Source: Cyanophora paradoxa CCMP329
Lineage: Eukaryota; Plantae; Glaucophyta
DNA length: 64,000 bases
Assembly (NCBI GenBank): GCA_004431415.1
Contig: QPMI01000427.1
Location: 62,001 to 126,000 of the forward strand
Direction of reading: 5' to 3'
Positions 50,001 through 59,600 of the stretch are shown in pieces. The translations under genes were made by a program, and so were the position numbers. The notes under the pieces are model-generated. The model searched no databases. It had not been told where the DNA came from and was given only the letters and a program-made list of their open reading frames with translations. Position 1 is the first letter of the stretch, and each line of letters begins with the position of its first letter.

Positions 50001-51300
50001 ACACGACCTCCGACTGGTCCGTCTCGCGATCGCGCATATGCACTAATTAGCATCGATCGCGATCTCGCTGATTTGTATTGGGCGGACTAAACTAAACCTC
50101 CGTGTGCCCGCAGCTCTGATACGCCGACGATTGGCACGCTCAAGGGAGACGCGTGCGTGTTTCCGTAAATTAAAGCTTTAATTTGCTTAACTTCGTCGAT
50201 TCTGCGCGCTGCCTCGAGCCCTCAGAGTCCCATCGCAATTAAGGGACGCCGGGGGCGTGCAGGTGGTCCTGCAAGAGCGTCACCGGCGCTGTTGCAGTGA
50301 AGCATTCAGGCGAATCGAGCACTTGCGAGGCTATTCCGACCGGGTACATGTGCTACATAACGGACAACTGGTGCGAGCTGGTTTCTTAAATTCACGTTTA
50401 CGGCGCTCGATGTTTCAAACGCGTTTCGACACTTGATCGTTACGCCGCTCCGCAGCGCCTACATCGGGAGCGCCAGCCTCTTCTGGGCGTCTTCCTCGTG
50501 CGTGCCGGCGCCATTCCTCCCTAATTATAAGCTTAATTATAAGCGTCCCGGCCCACAACCGTTGAACACATGCTATGATATGTGATCATGGCCAATTGCA
50601 ATCGCAATATAAAACTGTGGCACATGACCAGTCATGTGGCACATTAGCTACCTAGCTATTTAGTATCATTAATATTCGTATCGTTCTCCTTGTATAGTCG
50701 TGCAGGATAGACGCGCACCGACTAGGATGCGGGGGATCCTGGCGGCTCGGCCCGCCGCGGCGCGATCTCGAGCTCATGCACATGGCCGCGCTCAGAGACA
50801 AGTGCTCGGGCGCCGGGGCGAAAAGCTACAAGGTGGACGGCTCCTCCACCTGCTCCGCCCTCCGCCTCGACTCGGTGCGCGTGCGCGTGCGCCGCGGCCG
50901 CTCGCGTGCACAACCGCGCGCGCCGGCCCCGCGCCTGGTGGCAGAATCCGGATATCTAGAGCCGGGGCCGAGCGCGGCGCCGATATATATCTCAACGGGA
51001 AGAGGCTGACGGGGGGGGCCGGTGCCGGGCGGGGCGCGCAGGAGGTGGCGGTGGTGGCGGAGGAGGAGGAGGAGGAGGCAGCGGAGGCGGCGGACTGGGA
51101 CCTCGCCTCCGACTCCGACGACGGCCTCCTCGAGGCCCGCAACGTCCCCCCCCCCCCCCCCCCTCCCCCCACCTCCTCCCCCCCCCCCCCCCGCCTCCTC
51201 CTGCCCCCTCGCCCCTCGAGCTCCCCTCCCCCGCGGCCGCCCTCCGCCCTAGATGCATATCCTCCCCCTTCCCCCCCCCCTCCTCCCGCCCAGACACTAG
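44057..51300 (+). CDS. Large multi-exon protein made of ~9-10 Cys-rich repeats; both ends uncertain
   Basis: Recurrent exons of the types ExGxxDxxxWxxCPxGTxSYKDAGSxTCxTDVVKGxxCY (44746, 45557, 46228, 46936, 48184, 48823), DxxCxxAxFxWAFDA and SCPxGY...CxPAKLxCYSxxxW, each bounded by AG and GT/GC splice sites. Confidence 0.75.
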
Positions 51301-51861
51301 CTATAGATGCATACCCCTTTCCTTTCCTAGCTCCGCCACTGGCCCAGCAAACTCATTGCAAGGGGTCGCGCACTCGCAGGCTGCCGACGAGTGGGAGGCC
51401 GGCGCCGCAGCTGACCTCGCCACAGCGCTGACCGCGTAGCTGCATAATATTAATTAATCTTTCGATTTCCTGATAGCTGCCGGAAACAAATCGAATGAAT
51501 AATACAATTAATAGCTGCATTTCGTGCGAGCCACGCTGCGAGCGAGCACGCTCGCGATCGGCACCGGCCCGGCGCCGCAACGGTACCGGCCGCGGTCCGC
51601 CTGCCGCGCGCGGCCGGCTGCGGTACCGGTCCGGTCCGCCGCAGCAGTGACGGTCCGACGACGGCCGCAGACGACGGCCACCTCGAGGCCCGCAACCCCT
51701 CCTCCTCCCTCCTTCCCCCCTCCCCCGGCCCTCCCCCCCTCCCCTTCCCCCCCTCCGGCCTCCTCCCCCCGCCCGCCACTTTTAAGCTCCGCTGAACGCA
51801 GTGCGAGCTTATTGCAGCTGCGTTCGGCGAGTGGGAGGCCGGCACCGCAGCTGGCCATGGC

Positions 51862-52178
51862 CCCTACGTATACGCCTACGACGCGTGCGCCGCCCGGACC
51901 CCGGCCCCGGCCCGGCCCGGCTCGCGCACGTCGGCGACGGCACGAGCGCCCGACGTATACGTAGACGCGCCCGCCGCGCGTCCGCAGCGCGTCATGCCCC
52001 GGGCCCGGCGGGCACCGTGTCGACGTCGATCGCGTCGCACGAGTGCCTGGACGACTCGTGCGGCGCCGAGCTCGAGAAGGACGTGTGCGTCTCCGACAAG
52101 CTCGTCTGCTATAGCTACTCCACGGCGACCTGCGGCGGCACTGCGACCGCGACGACTCTGAAGAGTCTGAACGTATAG
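51862..52178 (+). pseudogene. Decayed duplicate of two exons and an intron (47830-48085) of the Cys-rich repeat gene
   Basis: Colinear with 47830-48085 but carries several palindromic insertions, one of which introduces ta-tag-cta. Confidence 0.85.
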
Positions 52179-52478
52179 CTCGAGCAGATCTGCTCGAGCT
52201 CCCGGGTCCGCGCGCCATGGGCCGCCGGGCAAGTGCTTGAGCCGCGGGGCGGACTTGAGGCCTCAACTAGGCTTTGGCCCTCCGAGGCTCAAGCTTAAGC
52301 CGCTGAGCCCCACCCCTAGCCTCACGGCTCCCCCAGGCGCCCGGCACTGGGGGCCGGCAGGCGCGGCGGCAGCCACACATCATAGTATGCAAAACTCGAG
52401 TCCGACGGTCTCGAGTCTAGATCTCGCGATCGCGCGACTCGCGACTCGCGAGTGAGCGGCGGACTCGCGAGTCGCGAC

Positions 52479-53015
52479 TAGGGCTGGGCACAGTCCGAGT
52501 TTTCCCCCACCGGGTCGGTGGGCCCGCTGACTGTTACCCACCGGTGGCGGTCGGTGGAGGTGGGGGTACGTGCTACATTGCGTGAAAATTGACAGGAAAT
52601 ACGCTAAATTCTGCACAGCTTCAAGGCGCTACGCGCCTACTATCTAAATTATTATAAAGCGAGTGCTTTGGGGCGGGTTCAAGCCAGTTGTGGGGGAGGC
52701 CGGGGTGGTTGGTGCTCAGGTGGGGTACGGGATATCGATATCGATGGCGTCGACGTCAGCTTCCTTGGGCTCCGACGTCATTCACGGTTGCAAGGCAGGA
52801 GCGGAGGAAGATGAACTAAGCAGCACTTTGCTGGGTGCACGTGAGTACGGAATATGAAACTTTCGCGCGCGAGAATATGACATTATTGCGAGCCTACCCC
52901 CCCTAGAATTTTAATTTGTATGGTACCGGGCGTTGTATGGCGGTGGGCCAGATTTTCCACCCGGTCGGTCGGTGGGAGGTTGCCACTGCCACCGGCCGCC
53001 ACCGGCCCAGCCCTA
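52479..53015. mobile_element. hAT-family MITE (537 bp)
   Basis: 11-bp TIRs TAGGGCTGGGC...GCCCAGCCCTA. 8-bp TSD gtcgcgac/ctcgcgac (7/8 match). Subterminal ccaccgg/ggtcggtgg repeats at both ends. Confidence 0.85.
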
Positions 53016-53265
53016 CTCGCGACTCGCGAGTCGCGAGCCCGGCGAGTCGAGTTCGCGTGAATCGTGAATCATGATTCGTGATTTGTGAATCGTGATCCGA
53101 TGATCGTGATGATGAATCATTGATGATCGTGGAGCACTAACGTTGGCATTGAACTTCAAGGCTTGGCAACGGTAGCCTACCATGGCCAGCTACCGTAAAA
53201 CACTTAAGTAATGCGGGCACTTAAGTAATGCGGTCCCGAAATAATGCGTTTTCTGCTGACAAAAC

Positions 53266-54999
53266 TCTCTCCTTCTGCGCGCCAGCTGCCGGGCTCACGC
53301 GCCGCCTCCCTTAGGGCACTGCCGTATATCTATCCACGGCCGCGTCGGCCGCCGCGAGCGAGCGCTAATATTACTTGGCAAACTCCGGCTTGTCATTGCC
53401 GAGCGCTGGCTTGCGCCAGCGCTGCCGGGCGCTCACTCGTGCGGCCTCATTGGTTGACACAATAACATTTGCGCCTATCGCTTTCACTCACGGGATCGAC
53501 GTCACGGCGCGCGTGCGCGCACGTGCACGATCCACGGGAATGGCGCGGGGGAGAAAAGAGAGGACGACGCCTCGTGATCAGGCTCAGCATAGGCGAGCCC
53601 CCGGGGCGAGTATCTCATCGCCCCGGTGTGCCGCTGCGCGGCCAGGAGGGAAAAGCGACCAGATCTTTTTCCGGCACGGGGCAGGAGGGAAGAAACGGGG
53701 TGACCGTTCCCTCACTGCATGTTTCCCGGCCGGGGCTGGTCGGCCCTCCTGGCGCGCACTCAAGAAGCATACTATACGTCTACAATAATTGAGCAATGAT
53801 GGATGATAGCCGGAGGTACGCTGTACCGCCCGGCCGGCACATAGGAATGTGGGGCCGTAAAAAACGGTGGAAACGAACGGCCCCTCCGCCTGTTCGTCCC
53901 AGCGGAAATAGAAAGGGATCGGGGGCATGACGGTTTCCCCGCCCCCGACCGGGTGCGCCCAAGGCAGAACAGAGCGCACGCCCCTCCAGCGTGCCGCCCC
54001 GCACCCATTGATGAAAAAGCTTCTCTCCCCCGCGCCCTACCTAGCAACGGAAAAAGCGAGGGGGGGTAGGCCCTGGATCCAAGCATCCAGACCGATTAAT
54101 TTCCAGAACCGACCTGCGGCCGTGAGTTTCCGGGTCCCCTCCCCCGATTAATTCTTATCGCTAGACCGTATCGTTGGGTTAAAGTTGAAAAATTCGGAAA
54201 ATAGCCCGGCACCTGCCGGTGCTCCAGGCCAGTTAATCGCGATCGTGGCTTCCGAAGTTCCGGGAGAGGCGGGCGGGCCGCGAAGCTGCAACTAACGCGA
54301 AGCCGAAAAGAAAGTGGGGGTACTGTGGGCGGCCGTGCGCAGGCTGTACCCCGGAGGTAAGGGCGCGGCCCCGGCAGCGCGCTCCGGCGGAGAGAAACTG
54401 ATCACGCCTTGCAGCGTAATCTATTATCTCTCCTTCTGCGCGCCAGCTGCCGGGCTCACGCGCCGCCTCCCTTAGGGCACTGCCGTATATCTATCCACGG
54501 CCGCGTCGGCCGCCGCGAGCGAGCGCTAATATTACTTGGCAAACTCCGGCTTGTCATTGCCGAGCGCTGGCTTGCGCCAGCGCTGCCGGGCGCTCACTCG
54601 TGCGGCCTCATTGGTTGACACAATAACATTTGCGCCTATCGCTTTCACTCACGGGATCGACGTCACGGCGCGCGTGCGCGCACGTGCACGATCCACGGGA
54701 ATGGCGCGGGGGAGAAAAGAGAGGACGACGCCTCGTGATCAGGCTCAGCATAGGCGAGCCCCCGGGGCGAGTATCTCATCGCCCCGGTGTGCCGCTGCGC
54801 GGCCAGGAGGGAAAAGCGACCAGATCTTTTTCCGGCACGGGGCAGGAGGGAAGAAACGGGGTGACCGTTCCCTCACTGCATGTTTCCCGGCCGGGGCTGG
54901 TCGGCCCTCCTGGCGCGCACTCAAGAAGCATACTATACGTCTACAATAATTGAGCAATGATGGATGATAGCCGGAGGTACGCTGTACCGCCCGGCCGGC
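53266..54999. repeat. 3' split-repeat block of the YR element: B2 (53266-53838), spacer, A2 (54278-54426), B1 (54427-54999)
   Basis: Direct repeats that look identical by eye. A2 and B1 abut at 54426/54427, mimicking the circular junction. Confidence 0.93.
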
Positions 55000-55535
55000 C
55001 AGGCAGGTTACCCGGGCCAGCATCACACCTCTCGCTGTATACAGATAGACATAAATTGTCTGGCAGACGTATATATATGCCAGGCGGCCAGTCAATAGCA
55101 CTCTGAATATTAATATGTATGTATATTTATGCGTAGTTGGGCACGTATACGTATTTAGTTAGCAGTCGTACGCAATATACGTTTCACTGAGCTCGAGTGC
55201 GGCTCGGGCGCGAGATCTTGACCGGCCCAGTACTCAGTGACTCTAGCGAGTGGCTCTGGGCCTCGTGTGGTTTATCTATCGCAAGATCTACCCAAGTTTA
55301 CGTATACACCTCAGGCAGCGAGAATTCAAATGTGACGTGATCGAGTCGCCGTCAGCCCGGCGGCCAGAGATCTATAGCGCGAGTGCTAGCGCCGGGCACG
55401 GGCCCGAGTGCTACGCGAGCACCTATATGTACACTGCGATCCCGATCACGTGCGTATGTGCATGCTGTACTGTGGCGTACGTGCACATACAGCTGCAGTG
55501 GCCCGGTGGCCGTGGCTACGGGCTCGAGCTCGTGA

Positions 55536-56645
55536 TCACAGGCGCGGGGCGCCGGCGCTGGCGGCGCGGCCGGCGCCGAGAGGTAAGGTCAGCCCGGCGC
55601 CGGCCGTCATGTAGGCACTGCCCCGGCCGGAGAGGACCACTGCGGCATCGACATACTGCTCGGCGGTGGTGCTGCGGTGGGACCAGCCGCCAAGGACACG
55701 GAGCTCGCGCGTCGTGGCGCCGCCAAGGGCTGCCAGGGTGGCACCCGTGCGGCGGAGTGTGTGGGACGTCCAGCTGCCCTGAGCGCCTGAGGCGGCCGCC
55801 ACCTCCTTAATGAGCCCGTTGATGTAATCATACGTCACGGGGAGGCCGTCCGCGCCGCGAAAGAGGAGGTCGGTGGACAACCGGACCGCGGGCGGGAATC
55901 GTGCCAGATAGGCCCGGACGGCGGGGGCGAAGTCCCACAGGCGGCTGCGGGGCTGCCCGGGGGGCCGCGGTGGCGGGTCCAGGACGCGCACGACACGTGC
56001 CGGCTTCAAGGCGCCAGGGTTGGTCTTCTCCCACGGGAAGGAGAAATCGAAACCCGGGGTGCCGATGAGCGCGACGACGTCGCAGTGGCGGAGGTGGAGG
56101 ACCTGCTCGCTCCGAAGCAGGCAGGCGATGCCGATCAATACCATCGCCACGTCGGCTAGGGCCGCTGCCACTGGCTTCGACGCCAGGGCGGGAGACCGCA
56201 GCCAGGCATCGAGCATCGACGACTCGAGGGGGGTAGCCTGCTGCGTCGTCTGCGGGTTCCGCTGCGCGGCCCCACGCAGGAAGAGGCGGGTCGTGGAGGG
56301 GGGCGGGGGCTCCAGGCCCCGTGCCGCCAGCTGCCAACGAATGCCCGAGAGGATCTTGGCAAGGTACGCTGCCTTCTTGCCCTCACTCTCCAGGTGGGCG
56401 GCAAAGGCAAGGAGCGAGTCCGACTCAACAGGGTCGAGCTCGCCCCCGCAGAAGGCCAGGTACCAGCCCCACCAGACGTCGTACTTGGCACGGGTTGTGC
56501 CCTGGATGGAGGCCGCCTGGGTCGCCCGGGCACTCGCCAGCAGCGAACGGACGCGCTGTGAGGGGGGCGGCCGTGGCGGGGGCGCGCTCAGCTCCGGCCG
56601 TGCGGCGTGAGCCGTGCGGGCACCGGCTGCACCGCCGGCGCCCAC
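55536..56645 (-). CDS. Tyrosine recombinase of the YR retrotransposon
   Basis: Catalytic residues: LLRSEQ (R), WEKTN (K), SHTLRRTGAT (HxxR), LGGWS (W), AEQYV (Y). N-terminal SAM-like region TRAKYDVWWGWYLAFC. Confidence 0.93.
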   Translation of the reverse strand: MGAGGAAGARTAHAARPELSAPPPRPPPSQRVRSLLASARATQAASIQGTTRAKYDVWWGWYLAFCGGELDPVESDSLLAFAAHLESEGKKAAYLAKILSGIRWQLAARGLEPPPPSTTRLFLRGAAQRNPQTTQQATPLESSMLDAWLRSPALASKPVAAALADVAMVLIGIACLLRSEQVLHLRHCDVVALIGTPGFDFSFPWEKTNPGALKPARVVRVLDPPPRPPGQPRSRLWDFAPAVRAYLARFPPAVRLSTDLLFRGADGLPVTYDYINGLIKEVAAASGAQGSWTSHTLRRTGATLAALGGATTRELRVLGGWSHRSTTAEQYVDAAVVLSGRGSAYMTAGAGLTLPLGAGRAASAGAPRL

Positions 56646-59600
56646 GGGTCGAGCTCGAGGCTGCGGGACGGGAGCGCTGCTGGCTGGCGCCCCAGTTGGG
56701 GCAGCAACTGCGCCAACGGTGGAGCCTGGGTCCGCACGCCCGGCGCTGGCAGTCCCAGGGTTGCGTCCTGGGCTGGCGATGGTCCGGAGACCGGTCGGCG
56801 GCGGCGATGGCGCGGGCGCCGGGAGGGCTGCGTGGTAGTAGCTGCCGGGGCCGTAGGGCCAGTAGCCGCCGACGGGGATGGGTGGGGGGGCGAAGTGCGG
56901 GGCGAAGAAGCGCCCTGCGGCCGGCCCAGCACCCAGTCAGCGTCGCTCGCGACGCAGAGGTACAGGGGCCACGGGGAGGCTCCTAGCCCGACCCCACCGG
57001 CCCCCCCGGTGCCCTCCGCAAAGAACAAGTCCCGCGGAAGGCGCCACTCTGCAGGGAGCGCCTGCAGGAACCAGCCTCGCTGGGACGCTGCAAGCTGCAG
57101 CGCCAGCCAGGAGGACGTGCCGGGCAGGTACGGGACCAACCAGGCAGAGCCGCTGCCATGCGTGCAGAGCCAGGCGAGGAACTCGGAGCGCAGCCGTGCA
57201 TCGACGGTGTACAGCGCAGGGGTGCGTGCGGATCCGTCAAACGGGGCGTCGTGCCGCGATGCCACGTGTACGTGCGGCCAGGTGGTCCCACCGCACCAGT
57301 GGCGAATGCGCCGCGCGAGGCCCCAGTGCAGCGTGGGTCGGCGAGTGCGTGAGCCGGCGTCCGCAAGGACGTTGCGTCGGCCGGCGATATGCAGCACATC
57401 CAGCGTGACGCCCGCTTGAGCACAAAGGCCGAAAAGGCGCAACGCGAGGTCCATCATTCCTTCCGACAGGCTTCCGCGAACCGCGGCTGCCACAGCCGAG
57501 GAATTATCGCAGCGCACGAGGATGTGCGAGCCGCGGACGAGGGGAAAGAGCTCGGCGGCGGCAATCACGACGGCCCTCAGTTCGCGCCAGCTGTTATCTT
57601 CGCCCCGGATGTCCTCTGGCCACGTGCCAAAGATCGAGCGGCAGGGGGCGGCGTCCAGCGAATCGGGGGACGCGCAGGGGCGCGCATCGAGCGCCGCGCA
57701 GTAACCCAGACCGGACGCATCGGTGAACAAGCGATACGCCTGTTCGGGTCGCCAAAGGGGCGCCGGGGGGGCAAGCGGCAGGTACTCTGCCAGCCAGCGG
57801 ATTGCACGGCGGGCCAGAGCATTCAGCGGGACGACTGCCGCGCTGCCGGACCCAAGGGTCTCCGCCTGAGCGACCGCGTTCGTGAGCGGGCGAGCCACGA
57901 GCCGTGCACCCACTACGGCATGCCGGGCTGCATTCAGCGAGCCTGCAATACTCTGCAGGGTTCGCGCGGGGGCCGACGCCTTGCCCACGAGAGGCACAAG
58001 CACGCCGAGGAGCTTATCGAGCTTCTTGGGTGGGAGGAAGCACTCGCCGCGCCCGACGTCAATGCCGAGACCGAGGTAAATGAGCAGCCGGGTCGGCGCA
58101 TCGACGTGTCCTTTATCCGAAAAGGTGAGGCGCAGGAGTGGGGCGAGCCACCGAAGGTGTTCGGACACCAGAAGCGCCTCCTCTAACGAGCGGCAGATGA
58201 AGAGGCCGTCGTCGAGGTACGTGCCCAGGAGGACCTTCAAGGCAGCCCAATACTTGGCGAAAGCCCGCATCACTTTCGTGAACACGTAACACGCGAGCGC
58301 GACGCCGAAGGGCAAGGCGTTGTAACGGAAAACGCGCGTGATGCCATTCAGGAAGGTCCAAGCAAAGACCAGCACGATGGCCGTGATGCGCGCCAGGGCA
58401 ATGTGGTAATATCCCTTGCGCAGATCGTACGCGAGGAGGTACAGATCGAGGCCTCGGAGGCTCCGAATGATGGCTAGGACGTCATCAAGCGTTTGATACC
58501 GAAAACGGCGGAGGTGAATGAACTCGTTGATGCGCCGGGCATCGAGGCACCGACGGAAGCGATCCGCCCCCTTCTTGGGAACCGCGTGCAGCGCCGAGTA
58601 ATGCGCGGGCGGCGGCCACATGGGGGGGTGTATTTCGTCAATCACCCCGATGGACTCGTCCTCGAGGACGTCCCGGTCAATGAATTCGCGTGCACTGGCA
58701 CCGTCGACCTCAATGAAACACGAGGGGCGGTTGCGCTCGCAGAAAGGGGGAATGTCCTCCGGTGTTGCCGCGTTGGCTGGGTCCCAACGGGCGGTTGCCG
58801 GGGTGCCGGGGCGGAGCAGCGGAATTTTGAAGCCTTGTTCCAGCCAAAGCATCACGCGTGCCGGCACCTCGATGCCTGCTGCCCGGAAGCGGCGGCGCCA
58901 CTCGGGGGCCGCCTCGCGCAGCTGCCCCGCCCTAAACGCGGCTTTGTGACGTGCAAAATCGTATGGGGGCTGGGGCCCATGTGCCTTAACAAGTGTCCGC
59001 AGGCGATCTAGCTCCGGGCCCCCGTCTGTCGGTGCACGCGGGCAGCGCTGTGGGGCTGCATGAGGGGAGAGGCTGATGAGGTCTACAAGGGGGAAACAAT
59101 ACTGCAGCTCGACGGCCCTGCCCGCCTCTAAGCGAGACAGCAGGAAAGTCGGCGGCGCGAGGCGAGGGCGTGTCGCCGGGGGTAGTGACAAGCCCGGCCG
59201 TCGGGACCGCGGGGCCAAGGCAGGGGAAATGCTAGAACTACTCGTAGTAGCTCTGGCCTCCGTAATCCTGCTGGCCGCCGCCGTACCCGTGCACGTGGCC
59301 GCCCCGCTGGGCATGGCCCCCGTGGCCGGCGCCACCCTGGCCACCTCCCCGACCGCGCCCCCCTCGGCCTCCGCCGCCGCCGCCACGGCCGCCGTACTGC
59401 CCCGGGGCAGAGCCCTGCTGGGGGCCGAAGTACGGGGCCGGGGGGGGCGGTGCGAAGGGCTGGGCGAACGAGAACGGCTGCGGCGGCGGGCCGAGCATGG
59501 GGGCGAACTGTTGGGGGCCACCGAGGGGGACGAACTGCTGCCGGAGCTGGCCCTGGCTGAAGAGTGCCTGGGAGACCACCCGCTCAATGGCGGCGGTAGT

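Noticed and set aside
52236-52318. Possible hAT right end (cacccta-like terminus with gagcc repeats)
   Set aside because: No matching left TIR or TSD was found in the window.
53266-54999. 573-bp direct repeats read as LTRs of a small LTR element
   Set aside because: No TG...CA ends, TSD or integrase. They are the B repeats of the split-repeat YR element.
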